This document shows, piece after piece, positions 26,366 through 36,693 of a stretch of 64,000 nucleotides of DNA. Source of the stretch: a virus (taxonomy: Duplodnaviria; Heunggongvirae; Uroviricota; Caudoviricetes); the IMG/VR virus record IMGVR_UViG_3300032312_001770, positions 1-64,000 of that record. One strand, 5' to 3'. How positions within the stretch are numbered: position 1 is the first letter of the stretch; every line of letters starts with the position of its first letter. The notes under the pieces were generated by a model. It was given only the letters and a program-made list of their open reading frames with translations. It did no database searches and was not told the DNA's origin. Made by a program: the position numbers and the translations under genes.

Positions 26366-27055
26366 ATGAGAAGAAGTTATATATCACCAGAATACACAGA
26401 ATCTTCAATATATGGAACTTTCAATATGATTGAGGAAAGTAATTTCTTTGGTGCTAAAATGTTAGAGGTTGAAGATACTATTAATATATCAAATCAAAAT
26501 ATAATTTATTATCAAAAATCAACAGGTGAGCAAATAGATATATCAATTGAATCGTCTTTACCATCTCAAGTTTATTCAGCTTCAGATAATATGAAGTCAC
26601 GTCAAAGTATTATTATGGATCCTACACAATTAGGCTACCAAAAAGAAGGTAATACTAAATGGGTGATAACAGTGGATTTGAAAAATATATTAGTAGATTA
26701 TCTTTTTGCTGTTATGAAAAGATATAGAACATTTGAGAGTATTAGTAATAACCTAACAAGAACTAATGATGTTAATACAGCAATTAGACAATACATATCA
26801 AGTAATGTTTTAAATAGATATAAATTTAGTAAGTTAGATCTTTATATTTCTTATAAAGATTTAATGCAACAAAATGTTTTAAGATATAAAAATACTTGGA
26901 ATCCTAATGCGGTGTCTGATGCTCATTTATTAAAAAAGGCTCAAAAGGATTTATCATTTGATGAATCTGAATTAAAGATTTTCTTTAGTCAAGAAAGATC
27001 ATCATCTCAATATAACTTTGAATACTACTTTAATATTTTATTTGAGAAAATCTAA
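26366..27055 (+). CDS. hypothetical protein (structural module)
   Basis: 229 aa, starts 2 nt after the previous stop. Confidence 0.5.
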   Translation: MRRSYISPEYTESSIYGTFNMIEESNFFGAKMLEVEDTINISNQNIIYYQKSTGEQIDISIESSLPSQVYSASDNMKSRQSIIMDPTQLGYQKEGNTKWVITVDLKNILVDYLFAVMKRYRTFESISNNLTRTNDVNTAIRQYISSNVLNRYKFSKLDLYISYKDLMQQNVLRYKNTWNPNAVSDAHLLKKAQKDLSFDESELKIFFSQERSSSQYNFEYYFNILFEKI

Positions 27056-27085
27056 ACAAGTGATGACTTATTCCATAAAAGTTAT

Positions 27086-27496
27086 ATGGAAAATGAAGAA
27101 TTATATCGTAGTTTAGTAATACTACTTAAAATGTTCAAAAATCGACCTTATCACTTAGCTAAGTATTTGGTAGAAAACTCTGCACTTACTGAAGAGTTTA
27201 TTAGAAAACTTAAAAATAGTGATAGACTAAAAGAACTAAATGAAGATGAAAAGTCTTCAGAACAAAAACTTTTACCAGTTCCGGTGCCTGTATATTTTGT
27301 TGATATATCTCAAATGGAGAATTTCTATAATTCCTTTGTTGATGATATTCAACAACTTTCTAAACAAAAAGGTATAGAAGAAGTCACTAAGGAACTAAAT
27401 AAAAAACTTGACGAACTAATCATAAAAGAAAAGTATGAAGAAGCGGCAAGAGTTCGTGATTACATGATGAGAAATAATATAAAAAGAAATTTATAA
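27086..27496 (+). CDS. UVR-domain protein
   Basis: C-terminal YEEAARVRDYM matches the UvrB/UvrC UVR motif. Confidence 0.45.
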   Translation: MENEELYRSLVILLKMFKNRPYHLAKYLVENSALTEEFIRKLKNSDRLKELNEDEKSSEQKLLPVPVPVYFVDISQMENFYNSFVDDIQQLSKQKGIEEVTKELNKKLDELIIKEKYEEAARVRDYMMRNNIKRNL

Positions 27497-27553
27497 TTTT
27501 TCTAAACAATTAAAGTAAAAACGAATATATTAACTTGTAACTCTATAAAAAAT

Positions 27554-28651
27554 ATGAATATGAATAATAAAACAATTGGAAATGAGGAAATGATGGACAT
27601 CTTTGATGAAACTATATTTACTCGCAAAGGCACTCGCAATAAAAGCACCAAAGAGTATCAAGAAATGATTAAACTTTATAAACTTGACGAAATCGCTATC
27701 CCTGAAGAAGGTCAAGTAGTATCAGCTAAATACGTTGGCATGTCAGCAGGTCAATTTGTGTTCAGTGTAGTTGGATACAAAGACGATGTAAGAGTTGATG
27801 ATAAAGTTGGTGAATCTAAATACTTCAAGAATTTAAACTTGAATGATATGATTGATGTATTAGTTACAGAAGTTAATCAAGATGCTTTTATGATTAAAGG
27901 AAGTGTTTCTTCTCTTTATGAATCAAGAGCTCATGCTAAACTTAAAGCACTTGTTGAAGGTGAATCAGTTATGGTTACAGTTAAGAGTCTTAACCCTGCT
28001 GGTTACGATGTTGAATTAAATCACGGTGGTGTTACACTTCCAGGATTTATGCCAAACACCTTAGCCGGAATCAATAAGTTACACGATACAATGTCTATTG
28101 TAGGACAGAAATTTAGTGTAATGATTGAGTCATATGCTCAAAACGAAGGAACGTATATTGTTTCAAGACGTAAGTATCTTCAAACACTTATTCCTGAGGC
28201 TGTTAAAGAACTTGAATATAATAAAATATATCAAGGTCACGTTACAGGAACTACACCATTTGGTGTGTTCGTAGAGTTTAATGAATGCTTAACTGGAATG
28301 ATTCACAAAGCAAACGTTAATCCAGATTGGGCAGAGAAGTTAACTTCAATCACACCAGGATTTGAAATTGACTTCTACATCAAAGAAGTGATTAAAGATA
28401 AAATTATCTTGACTCAAATTCTTCGTGAGACTCTTTGGGACAACATCAAAAACGGTCAAATCATTGAAGGTACCGTTAAAGACACCAAAGCTTTTGGTAC
28501 TTTAGTAAACCTTGATGATGAGACAGTGGGTCTTATCCACACTTCAGAAATGGAGAAACTTGGTAAGAAATTCACTTCGGGTCAACCGATTAAAGTGAAA
28601 GTTTTAAGTGTAGACCGCATGAGTAGAAAAATATTCTTAACCTTAGGTTAA
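27554..28651 (+). CDS. S1 RNA-binding-domain repeat protein (ribosomal protein S1-like)
   Basis: Four S1-like repeats, e.g. GQVVSAKYVGMSAGQFVFSVVG, GHVTGTTPFGVFVEF, GTVKDTKAFGTLVNL...GQPIKVKVLSVDRMSRKIFLT. Confidence 0.7.
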   Translation: MNMNNKTIGNEEMMDIFDETIFTRKGTRNKSTKEYQEMIKLYKLDEIAIPEEGQVVSAKYVGMSAGQFVFSVVGYKDDVRVDDKVGESKYFKNLNLNDMIDVLVTEVNQDAFMIKGSVSSLYESRAHAKLKALVEGESVMVTVKSLNPAGYDVELNHGGVTLPGFMPNTLAGINKLHDTMSIVGQKFSVMIESYAQNEGTYIVSRRKYLQTLIPEAVKELEYNKIYQGHVTGTTPFGVFVEFNECLTGMIHKANVNPDWAEKLTSITPGFEIDFYIKEVIKDKIILTQILRETLWDNIKNGQIIEGTVKDTKAFGTLVNLDDETVGLIHTSEMEKLGKKFTSGQPIKVKVLSVDRMSRKIFLTLG

Positions 28652-28673
28652 GATTAATTCTACCAGAAAAAGA

Positions 28674-28705
28674 AAAGCCTCAGATTTATCTGAGGCTTTT
28701 TTTAT
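28674..28705 (+). terminator. rho-independent terminator (AAAGCCTCAG-loop-CTGAGGCTTT then T7)
   Basis: Direct reading; immediately 3' of the S1 gene. Confidence 0.7.
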
Positions 28706-28721
28706 TTATATAGTTGTAATA

Positions 28722-29204
28722 TCATGATTTAACTTCAATTACATATTGACCGGGATAAGCTCTGAAATCTGGTTTAACCATTACCGTAATAACAGTTAAT
28801 CTAAACTCATTATCACCTGGTACTAATTGACAAACAACATTTAAGTTATTTGTTTTATTTTTAATTAAAAATCTATTAGGATCACCGGCTTTGACTCCTT
28901 TGGTTGGATAATTATCTTCCAATTGATAGATATTGAATTTATCTTGCATGAGAGCAATAGTCAATTCTTCAATTGCTAATTCAATTGTATCAATAATATC
29001 TTCGTCTTTAATTTGATTTTCTAAAGCACCGTGTCTGAATTGTCTATCACCAGCATGATTTACTTTCTCAACATCAATTCTGATTTCAACCGGCTCTTTT
29101 AAGTAAGCAATTTCCTTAGGAGGTCTACTAGCCGCAATTCTTCTATCAATATAAGGATTGTTAAAAGCTTCAAATGTTTTTAGATTTTTCATTAATATAC
29201 CCAA
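28722..29204 (-). CDS. hypothetical protein (MKNLKTFEAFNN N-terminus)
   Basis: 160 aa; TTAATATATAC element upstream on the minus strand (29218-29229). Confidence 0.45.
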   Translation of the reverse strand: MGILMKNLKTFEAFNNPYIDRRIAASRPPKEIAYLKEPVEIRIDVEKVNHAGDRQFRHGALENQIKDEDIIDTIELAIEELTIALMQDKFNIYQLEDNYPTKGVKAGDPNRFLIKNKTNNLNVVCQLVPGDNEFRLTVITVMVKPDFRAYPGQYVIEVKS

Positions 29205-29231
29205 TTTTTTGTATTGGTATATATTAATTTT

Positions 29232-29978
29232 TTATGCTAGTATTTTGAGAACAACATCTTCTGTAAACTCTTTCATATCGTTTACATTAATTGTGTCAAT
29301 AGTGTCTTTAGAAGAGTGACAATTATATAACATAGAGAAGTCTAAGTAAGTATTATCATCCCATTTAACTTGAGATTTCTTACCTTCATTCAAAGGTGGA
29401 ATAGGATTGATAACACAAGAGTCAATTCCATTCTTTCTAAAAGTAACAGAATCGTTATAAGGAGTATTTGTAATAGGACAATCAAAGATTGATTTAATAT
29501 GATTAGATAGTCGACCTGGATAATTACCAATAAAAAAATACTTACCACCTTTACCAGTTAATTCTAAGTTAAGAACCCAATCAATTTGACCGAAATAACC
29601 TTCATTAATCTGTTCTGAAGCTCTTTGAGAGCCTAAACCACCACATTCTTCACCATCTAAAAGAACAACGTTTATATGAGGCATTAGCTTCTTAATTGAT
29701 ATAGCATTAATAACAGATGCTGAGTTGTCGTTAGCATTATCAATGTTAGGATTACTAACATCGTGGTGAGCAACCACCATTCTATCAGATTCGCCTTTTA
29801 AGATAAGATTATAACAAGTAGTTCCTCTTGACTGATAAGTATCTAACTCATAGTCAATATTCTCAGACTGTAAAAGATCCATAAGAAATTGTACCCTTGG
29901 TGTAGGTTTATCTCCATTTGAGTAAACACTACCAAAGTTTCTTACTTTACAAAAATCATATATCTTATTATACAACAT
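29232..29978 (-). CDS. putative zinc metallopeptidase (M28/M20-like HxD...DGEE)
   Basis: VVAHHDVSNP and VVLLDGEECGGLGS segments. Confidence 0.35.
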   Translation of the reverse strand: MLYNKIYDFCKVRNFGSVYSNGDKPTPRVQFLMDLLQSENIDYELDTYQSRGTTCYNLILKGESDRMVVAHHDVSNPNIDNANDNSASVINAISIKKLMPHINVVLLDGEECGGLGSQRASEQINEGYFGQIDWVLNLELTGKGGKYFFIGNYPGRLSNHIKSIFDCPITNTPYNDSVTFRKNGIDSCVINPIPPLNEGKKSQVKWDDNTYLDFSMLYNCHSSKDTIDTINVNDMKEFTEDVVLKILA

Positions 29979-29980
29979 AA

Positions 29981-30550
29981 TTAAACTTTTTCATCAAAAA
30001 ATACTTCACAGTGGTCTTTAGAATAGATACCAGTAATTCCTCTTGGATAAATCTCACCGCCCATTTCTTTACTTCTACCCCATTTCATAATAGTAGACAT
30101 TTTAGAAAATGATTTAGCCCAAACTTTAATATCAGTTTTAACCCAAGAACCATTTCTTTGAAGTATATCTTTATGATCGGTGTATTCTTCTAGGTGGTGC
30201 CAGATTTCACCAGTATCTTTTCTGAATTCTTTTCTCATATTAGAGATAGATTTTTCATATCTTTTATTGAAATCATTCCATTGTTCTTCAGTCCAAGTTG
30301 ATGAATCTTTAGGATGTTTGGGAACAGTATTTGGTTGATATGAACTCATTCCACCTATTAAAAAAAATTCTTGAGCAATTTTAGGCATAGCATAAAACCC
30401 ACGACTAGCCGGTGGTTGATGATAAGTCTCTGGTTTTTTTGAGAAACCTTTTTGATTTTTCAAATCTAAACCACCAAATCTTACAAAAGTATATATGTCT
30501 TTACCTTTTAACATTATTCTAATATCTTTCTTAATTGAAATTCGCGCCAA
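29981..30550 (-). CDS. hypothetical protein
   Basis: 189 aa. Confidence 0.4.
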   Translation of the reverse strand: MARISIKKDIRIMLKGKDIYTFVRFGGLDLKNQKGFSKKPETYHQPPASRGFYAMPKIAQEFFLIGGMSSYQPNTVPKHPKDSSTWTEEQWNDFNKRYEKSISNMRKEFRKDTGEIWHHLEEYTDHKDILQRNGSWVKTDIKVWAKSFSKMSTIMKWGRSKEMGGEIYPRGITGIYSKDHCEVFFDEKV

Positions 30551-30807
30551 ATATCTAACGGCATAAAATGTTTATCATCAAATATACTAATGAATTCACC
30601 GGTTTTAACACTACTCACACTTACTAAATTCTTTTCAGACATTTCAATACAATCATCAATTTGATATTGTTCGCCAACTTCTAACAGGTATGTCATTCCA
30701 TACATCTTATCAGTTACACAAATTACAATATCTCCTTTTTTATATCTCAACACTTTACAAATGTAAGGAAAGTTTTTAAAATAAAAAAACTCTTTGAAAT
30801 TAATCAA
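30514..30807 (-). CDS. hypothetical protein (start uncertain; 5' end overlaps a terminator hairpin)
   Basis: 97-aa ORF. Confidence 0.3.
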   Translation of the reverse strand: MINFKEFFYFKNFPYICKVLRYKKGDIVICVTDKMYGMTYLLEVGEQYQIDDCIEMSEKNLVSVSSVKTGEFISIFDDKHFMPLDIWREFQLRKILE

Positions 30808-30817
30808 AGAGTTTTTT
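30787..30817. terminator. bidirectional terminator-like palindrome AAACTCTTTGA-loop-TCAAAGAGTTT flanked by an A-run and a T-run
   Basis: Direct reading; 3' of the minus-strand gene 30834..32756. Confidence 0.55.
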
Positions 30818-30833
30818 TATTAATAGAAGTTGA

Positions 30834-32756
30834 TTACTTCTTACCTTTTTTTGAAAGGTCTTCAACAGGCACATCAGTAGTAGGCACTTCTGATTTCACT
30901 GTTGTGTCGTTCATACCCTTACCAATTTGGTTACCCATCATGTTTAAGATTTGAACTCCCAATAATCCGTCTATTGCTCCGTTCCCGCTTTGTCCACCTC
31001 CATTGATTAACAAGTCTGGCATGATTTTCACACCGTTTTTACCAATCTCTTCGGTAACCTTAAATGTTGTAAAGTTTTCTTTACCCATCGCCTCAACGGC
31101 TAGCTTGTATGCTTCTGCTGTAGATTTACCCTTAGAAAGAATAGCCTCAGCTTCAGCATTACCAATCAATGATGTTCTTGTAGCATCTGCTTCTGCTTTC
31201 AACTTAGTAGACTCAGCACTAGCTTCAGCCGCAATTTTAACAGACTCAGCATCACCTTTTGCTTTCTTAACAGAAGCATCAGCGTGACGTTCAGCAATTT
31301 GAACACCTTGGTCAGCTTTTACAACTTCACCCTGCATATCCGCAATCGCAGTTTCTTTTTCAAAAGTTTGACGTGAGATAGCGGCTTTCTTTTGAGTTTC
31401 AAAAGTTACTTCTTGCTCTTGAGCAATCTTACGGTCAGTTAGTGTTTTCATCAACTCTTGTGGTGGTACGATATCACCAATCAAAGTATCAACAGCGTGA
31501 ACGTTATATTCATCTAATACTTTAGAAATGTGTTGTTTTGCCGAATCTTGGCGTTCTTTACGAGTAGTTAAGAAAGCAATAACGTCAGAATCCTGAGCTG
31601 AGTTACGGAAGTAGTTACCAATTGTTGGTTCTAGAACTTGAGATACCAAGTTATTCATATTACCAAATCGAGCAATCACTTTAGGTGCTTCTGTCATTGG
31701 AATGTGAATAATCTGTGATACATCTAAGTTGAATGGGAAACCATCTTTAGAACGAACAGTGATTGTGTTAAGTCCTTTATCTAAATTGTGAGACTCAGTA
31801 CGAGCGTTAGCCCAGTTAAGAACTAAGTTTGTTGTTGGTACTAACTCAATCTTATTTGTGTATTTATTGATTGGATATTTACCAGGTCCGAATGGTTCAG
31901 CCCAAACACCTTTCTGACCTTTACCAACTAAGTTACCGTGTTTAAAGTTAACACCAGTTACGTCAACTCCATCTTCACCAACGAAAGAGATAACAACACC
32001 AACGTGACCAATTGGAATCTCAGTCATTTGCACTTCTTCTACTTGAACAGCCCAAGGGTTTAAGTTATAAGTACCCGCTAAGATAGTTTGTTGTTGTAAA
32101 CCACGATTACCACCTTTTTCTAAGAACATATCAAAATCTTGGAAGTTATTATGTTCTTCAACATTTTTACCAGCGATTTGCCCATTCTCTAATGGCTCAC
32201 CATCTAATGTAGTAACAACACCAACCATATTCTCTTGAATAGTAGCTTGTTTAACAATAGATACTTCAAATAAGTAAGTATTGATTTTATAAACACCATT
32301 TGGAATAAAAGCTGCCTGACGACCTTTCTGACCACCGTTAGTTAAGAAGGTAACAGCATCTTGAAAGTTTTCACATTCTACTCTACGTCCTAAGATACGA
32401 CCTGTTTGTGGAACAGTACCATCTTTAGAAGAAACTAATCCAATATGACCTTCTGGAATAACTACGAAACCATGCATATCGATGTTATATTGCCAAGGCC
32501 ACATCCACCAACGAAGACCCGGAGAAAGCATTTCTGCTTGATAACCTGCTTCGCCATTTACCGCAATAATACGGTCACCTGTAAGTTCTTTGTGTTCTCC
32601 AAAAAGAACAAACTTTTTTGTTACTAAACCAATTTTGTCCTCAGGAACAATAACTAGTCCGAAAAATACTCTTAGGATGAACTTGTACATAACTAAGCAA
32701 AGTACAATTGCTCCAATCCACCAATAGTTTGCCATAAAATTTAAAATGTTACTCAT
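30834..32756 (-). CDS. SPFH/band-7 (flotillin-like) domain protein
   Basis: N-terminal transmembrane helix, duplicated SPFH-like regions, C-terminal Ala/Glu-rich flotillin-type repeats (AEADATRTSLIGNAEAEAILSKGKSTAEAYK). Confidence 0.65.
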   Translation of the reverse strand: MSNILNFMANYWWIGAIVLCLVMYKFILRVFFGLVIVPEDKIGLVTKKFVLFGEHKELTGDRIIAVNGEAGYQAEMLSPGLRWWMWPWQYNIDMHGFVVIPEGHIGLVSSKDGTVPQTGRILGRRVECENFQDAVTFLTNGGQKGRQAAFIPNGVYKINTYLFEVSIVKQATIQENMVGVVTTLDGEPLENGQIAGKNVEEHNNFQDFDMFLEKGGNRGLQQQTILAGTYNLNPWAVQVEEVQMTEIPIGHVGVVISFVGEDGVDVTGVNFKHGNLVGKGQKGVWAEPFGPGKYPINKYTNKIELVPTTNLVLNWANARTESHNLDKGLNTITVRSKDGFPFNLDVSQIIHIPMTEAPKVIARFGNMNNLVSQVLEPTIGNYFRNSAQDSDVIAFLTTRKERQDSAKQHISKVLDEYNVHAVDTLIGDIVPPQELMKTLTDRKIAQEQEVTFETQKKAAISRQTFEKETAIADMQGEVVKADQGVQIAERHADASVKKAKGDAESVKIAAEASAESTKLKAEADATRTSLIGNAEAEAILSKGKSTAEAYKLAVEAMGKENFTTFKVTEEIGKNGVKIMPDLLINGGGQSGNGAIDGLLGVQILNMMGNQIGKGMNDTTVKSEVPTTDVPVEDLSKKGKK

Positions 32757-32796
32757 TTGTTTTTGTTTTTTTTTATATTAATTGTTTATTTAATTA

Positions 32797-33285
32797 TTAA
32801 TCGTGTTCGTATTCGTCAACACTTACACCTTCTGGTGTTATTGTGATTTCAGCATGATCTCCAAATTGAGTCATAAAGAAATCTTCATCAAAGTTACTCA
32901 AAAATTCTTTAATTTCATCAGATGCTGATGCTAATTCTTTATCATAAATTAAATTCGGAACTTCTGTACGACCTTCATACTCTTTTTTCTCACGGTTCCA
33001 AGTACCATAGTTTGTAATTTTAGTTTCATTAATCCAATCAGATTCATCTACTGACTCACCATTGATATAAATGTAATCAGTATTTACTGAAAAGGTACAA
33101 CTGTCACCATCATTGAAGTAAGGCGTGTATTGATTCCAACCAAAGGATTTTACTTTAGGATGGTCTTCAAAAATTGTCTTTGTCAAATCTGTAAAGATTT
33201 TGTTAGAAGCTTCTAACATTTCTTTTTTTAACTTTTTAATTTCTTCTTGTTTCTCGCGAAGAACTGCGAATTTGTCGTTACTCAT
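32797..33285 (-). CDS. hypothetical acidic protein
   Basis: 162 aa. Confidence 0.4.
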   Translation of the reverse strand: MSNDKFAVLREKQEEIKKLKKEMLEASNKIFTDLTKTIFEDHPKVKSFGWNQYTPYFNDGDSCTFSVNTDYIYINGESVDESDWINETKITNYGTWNREKKEYEGRTEVPNLIYDKELASASDEIKEFLSNFDEDFFMTQFGDHAEITITPEGVSVDEYEHD

Positions 33286-33311
33286 ATTGTGTTTTTGTAT
33301 ATTAAGATTTT

Positions 33312-34037
33312 TTATTTTGTTTCAATTTTTTCAAGAATATCCTTTAATGACATATTCAACAGAGTCGTATAATCATCTGGTGTAATTCCTAAATTAGTAC
33401 CAGACTTTTGACAAGCCCAATCAATAATTGAAAGATGATGTCTATTTGGATCGATGACTGATTTAGACAACATACTCATTAGTTCTAATTCTTTATTAGC
33501 AACCAATTCAATTTTTCTAATATCTTTTGATTTTACAATTGCTGGCTCTTCACCGTGTAATACAGAGTTTAGTGAAATCTCACGAGCTTCTTGTGGAGAC
33601 AATTTTCTAAATTTCCAAGTAGAGAATTTTAGTGTACGAGGAATACCAACAAACTTAACTGTTTTTTCAATGCGTGTGTACGATTGTTTATTCCAACCCA
33701 TTTTTTGAGAAGATTTTGACTTTAATTCTTCAATTTGATACATACATCCTTTACCAAGTGTTTTATAACTATCTGAAGTACAAACAAGAATGTCACCTTT
33801 AGAAAGATCTTCAAATTTTAAATCTTCAATGTGTACTCTCGGAACAATAACATTTATCTTAGGTAAAGGATTTCCGTCAGTGTCAGTAAAATTATCAACA
33901 ACAAATCTACCTACTCCAAGAATGTCAACTGTGCCTTCTTGCCAACGTTGGTTAGTACCATCATTATAAAGACTACCTGTCTCATAACGAACACCTTTAA
34001 CTAATCTTTTAGTTGGTCTTTTACAAATTACTATCAT
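33312..34037 (-). CDS. hypothetical protein
   Basis: 241 aa. Confidence 0.4.
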   Translation of the reverse strand: MIVICKRPTKRLVKGVRYETGSLYNDGTNQRWQEGTVDILGVGRFVVDNFTDTDGNPLPKINVIVPRVHIEDLKFEDLSKGDILVCTSDSYKTLGKGCMYQIEELKSKSSQKMGWNKQSYTRIEKTVKFVGIPRTLKFSTWKFRKLSPQEAREISLNSVLHGEEPAIVKSKDIRKIELVANKELELMSMLSKSVIDPNRHHLSIIDWACQKSGTNLGITPDDYTTLLNMSLKDILEKIETK

Positions 34038-34038
34038 A

Positions 34039-34434
34039 TTAATCTAAATTTACTTTAATATTTCCTTTTTGTGAAAGTTTTTCAAAAGATGATGGATGAC
34101 CTTTAATACCATTTTGCATCCAATCCATAAACTCCATATTTTCAAGATAATCTTGTGGAGTTGGAATAAATCTCATGCCAAAGTCTTCTAATATATGTTG
34201 TTCACAAACATCTTTTACGGAGAATTCTTTACCTGCTGAGTTTTTCATAGTGTACCCAAAGATAGGTATCATTACTTCATGAATCCAAAAACTTGTATGA
34301 GTGAGTACTCTGTGTCTATTATCAGAAACATAAGCTTTAGAGCAATCCATCTTCATATGGATATGAAGATAATCTTCTGGTTCGCCTCCAAACTTTCGAG
34401 CAGAGGACTTTGAATGAATATAAGCGTTAGCCAT
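34039..34434 (-). CDS. hypothetical protein
   Basis: 131 aa. Confidence 0.4.
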   Translation of the reverse strand: MANAYIHSKSSARKFGGEPEDYLHIHMKMDCSKAYVSDNRHRVLTHTSFWIHEVMIPIFGYTMKNSAGKEFSVKDVCEQHILEDFGMRFIPTPQDYLENMEFMDWMQNGIKGHPSSFEKLSQKGNIKVNLD

Positions 34435-34887
34435 TTATAATTCTATATTTGTTTTATTAAAAATTTCTTGTAAATCTTCCTTAGATAATTTATCAAGTAC
34501 AAAGGTAAGGATATCTTCTGAATTGTCAAATTTATTTAAAATATAATCTTTCATAAATTCGATATAGTCAGGTTTATCAGCTATTCCAAGACTCAACATC
34601 TTTACATTTCGCTGCCATTGAATTCCACCGTTAACAACATATCTACCCTCAATATTTTTAATTTCAGTAGTAAATTTTATACGATAATCGGTTGTAGCTC
34701 CTGTATTATAATCATAAGTTTCCCAATCACGAATAGGCATTTCATGAACTCGTTCTGGATAATTATGTATATTGTCGCACAAATCCTTAGCTTCTTTTAA
34801 ACCAAGACCACTACACTCTTTTATCAACTTAACAAATGCTAACTTGTTAGGAGTTTTTTCGATTAATTTTATTTTAATAGTTTTCAT
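34435..34887 (-). CDS. protein with an N-terminal ribosomal L7/L12 C-terminal-domain-like module
   Basis: [36 protein letters not shown] aligns with the L7/L12 CTD ([36 protein letters not shown]). Confidence 0.5.
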   Translation of the reverse strand: [150 protein letters not shown]

Positions 34888-35555
34888 TAATAGTGTTTTG
34901 ATACAATTGATTGTTCAGATCTTAAATAAGAATCTATAACCATTTGGTCAATTTGATGAATTTGGTCTAATGGTCTGTGATTAAATCTACCTTCATAATT
35001 GTGAATTACGAAGTTAGCCATTCTATTTTTATCTAAATCATCAATTTCATTTCTCATTAGATAAGCAATATCTGAAACTTTATTTTTAGTTAATTCTCTA
35101 CATCTTTCCATTCGTGTAATCTTTGGACAAAAAACAACAATGCTTTTATCCATTAGTTTTTGCCAACTTCTTTCAAATAAGATAGATGAATGAAATATTG
35201 TGTAGATTGATCCTTTATTTTTTACCGAAAACTTCTCATATGCCATCATTAATTCATGTTGAGCAAAATCAATTATGATGTCAAAATCAGATTTAGCTAC
35301 TAATTTAGGATCTATATAACAAGACTTGTTATAAACATGTGGAAGTTTTCTTCTTATCTTGTCGGTAACTGTTATATCATGATTGATAATAAATTTCAAA
35401 ACGATATCTGCCTCAAAAACAGGAATTGTTAATTTTCTGAAAATATTACAAATCTGGTCAGTGCCAGAATATCTATTACCCGAAAGTCCAACTTTTATCA
35501 TTGTATAAAATATATTTAGAACTACAAATATATAAAACATTCTTAGAAAAAACAA
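34887..35555 (-). CDS. hypothetical protein
   Basis: 222 aa. Confidence 0.4.
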   Translation of the reverse strand: MFFLRMFYIFVVLNIFYTMIKVGLSGNRYSGTDQICNIFRKLTIPVFEADIVLKFIINHDITVTDKIRRKLPHVYNKSCYIDPKLVAKSDFDIIIDFAQHELMMAYEKFSVKNKGSIYTIFHSSILFERSWQKLMDKSIVVFCPKITRMERCRELTKNKVSDIAYLMRNEIDDLDKNRMANFVIHNYEGRFNHRPLDQIHQIDQMVIDSYLRSEQSIVSKHY

Positions 35556-35586
35556 CTTTATTTAAAAATCATATAAAAGTAATCTT

Positions 35587-36549
35587 ATGTACACTAACGA
35601 AGAACTTGGTTTTATCCTTTACAATAATCGCTCTGTTAAAGGTGTCGTTTCTAATTTCTTACCAAAATTAAATCCTATAAAACTTATGAAAATTGAAAAT
35701 CAATTCAATAAGTGCAAAGAGATTTTTAATAATGACAACAGAATGGTTGAAATCAACATTGATGAATTAGACACTGAAGCCGAAGATGTTATTATAACAC
35801 CTGAAGAGTTAGCATCACTTACTGACTTAATTACAGAAAATATAGGCTTATTGAATACTAATGAATTTGAGTATTTAGAAAAAAGAGGATTTGGTGAAAA
35901 AACAATTTTAGATTGGGATATATTAGGTTTATCTAATATTAAAGAAATAAGACACCATGAGATATTAGGCTCTACTTGTCATCCAGTTCTTAAAACCATA
36001 ATGACTGATGGTATTGAAAATGGTGGTATATTAATTCCACTTTTTAAAGATGGCGTTTTAGTTAATTGTGCTGTTAGAAAGATAAATTCTTCTAAGTCAT
36101 TAAAATATTCATTGGCTTGTCCTGATATTCCAGTTTGGGGATTAGATAAGTTTGAAAAAGGCAAAGAGATTTGGATTGCTGAGGGTATATTTGATACAAT
36201 AGCTCTTTTTAATTTAGGTAAAAAGTCTGTTAGTTGTTCATCTGGTATGTGGTCTGGTTTACAGCTTTATCAAGTTCTAGAAAAAGAACCAAGTTCAATT
36301 GTGGTATTTGCTGATAATGATTCGGTTGGTTTAAGAACATCAGCTATTCTAAAAGAATTCTTTACAATGAATCACATTCCAACACGAATAGTTATCAGTA
36401 AAATTGCTAAAGATCCGGCAGAACATTATTTTCAAAAAAATCAAACATTAGATAATCTTTTGGAAATTGATGTAACTCTTGATATGATTGAAGAACACAA
36501 AGATGATGTTTTTAATTTTCTCAGACATATGAAAAATAGAAAGTATTAA
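35587..36549 (+). CDS. Toprim-domain protein (primase/topoisomerase-like fold)
   Basis: IWIAEGIFDTIAL (E..D) and VVFADNDSVG (DxD) spaced as in Toprim. Confidence 0.45.
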   Translation: MYTNEELGFILYNNRSVKGVVSNFLPKLNPIKLMKIENQFNKCKEIFNNDNRMVEINIDELDTEAEDVIITPEELASLTDLITENIGLLNTNEFEYLEKRGFGEKTILDWDILGLSNIKEIRHHEILGSTCHPVLKTIMTDGIENGGILIPLFKDGVLVNCAVRKINSSKSLKYSLACPDIPVWGLDKFEKGKEIWIAEGIFDTIALFNLGKKSVSCSSGMWSGLQLYQVLEKEPSSIVVFADNDSVGLRTSAILKEFFTMNHIPTRIVISKIAKDPAEHYFQKNQTLDNLLEIDVTLDMIEEHKDDVFNFLRHMKNRKY

Positions 36550-36693
36550 TTAATATATACTTTACAAAAAATTTCTAATATTTTATGCCTAATAAATTAC
36601 AATTTTATAACGACAGTGATATCGGTTACGATATTGAATGGCACACAGATGAGTTAATGGATGAAGTTGAAATAGAAGAACAAATAGAACAAG

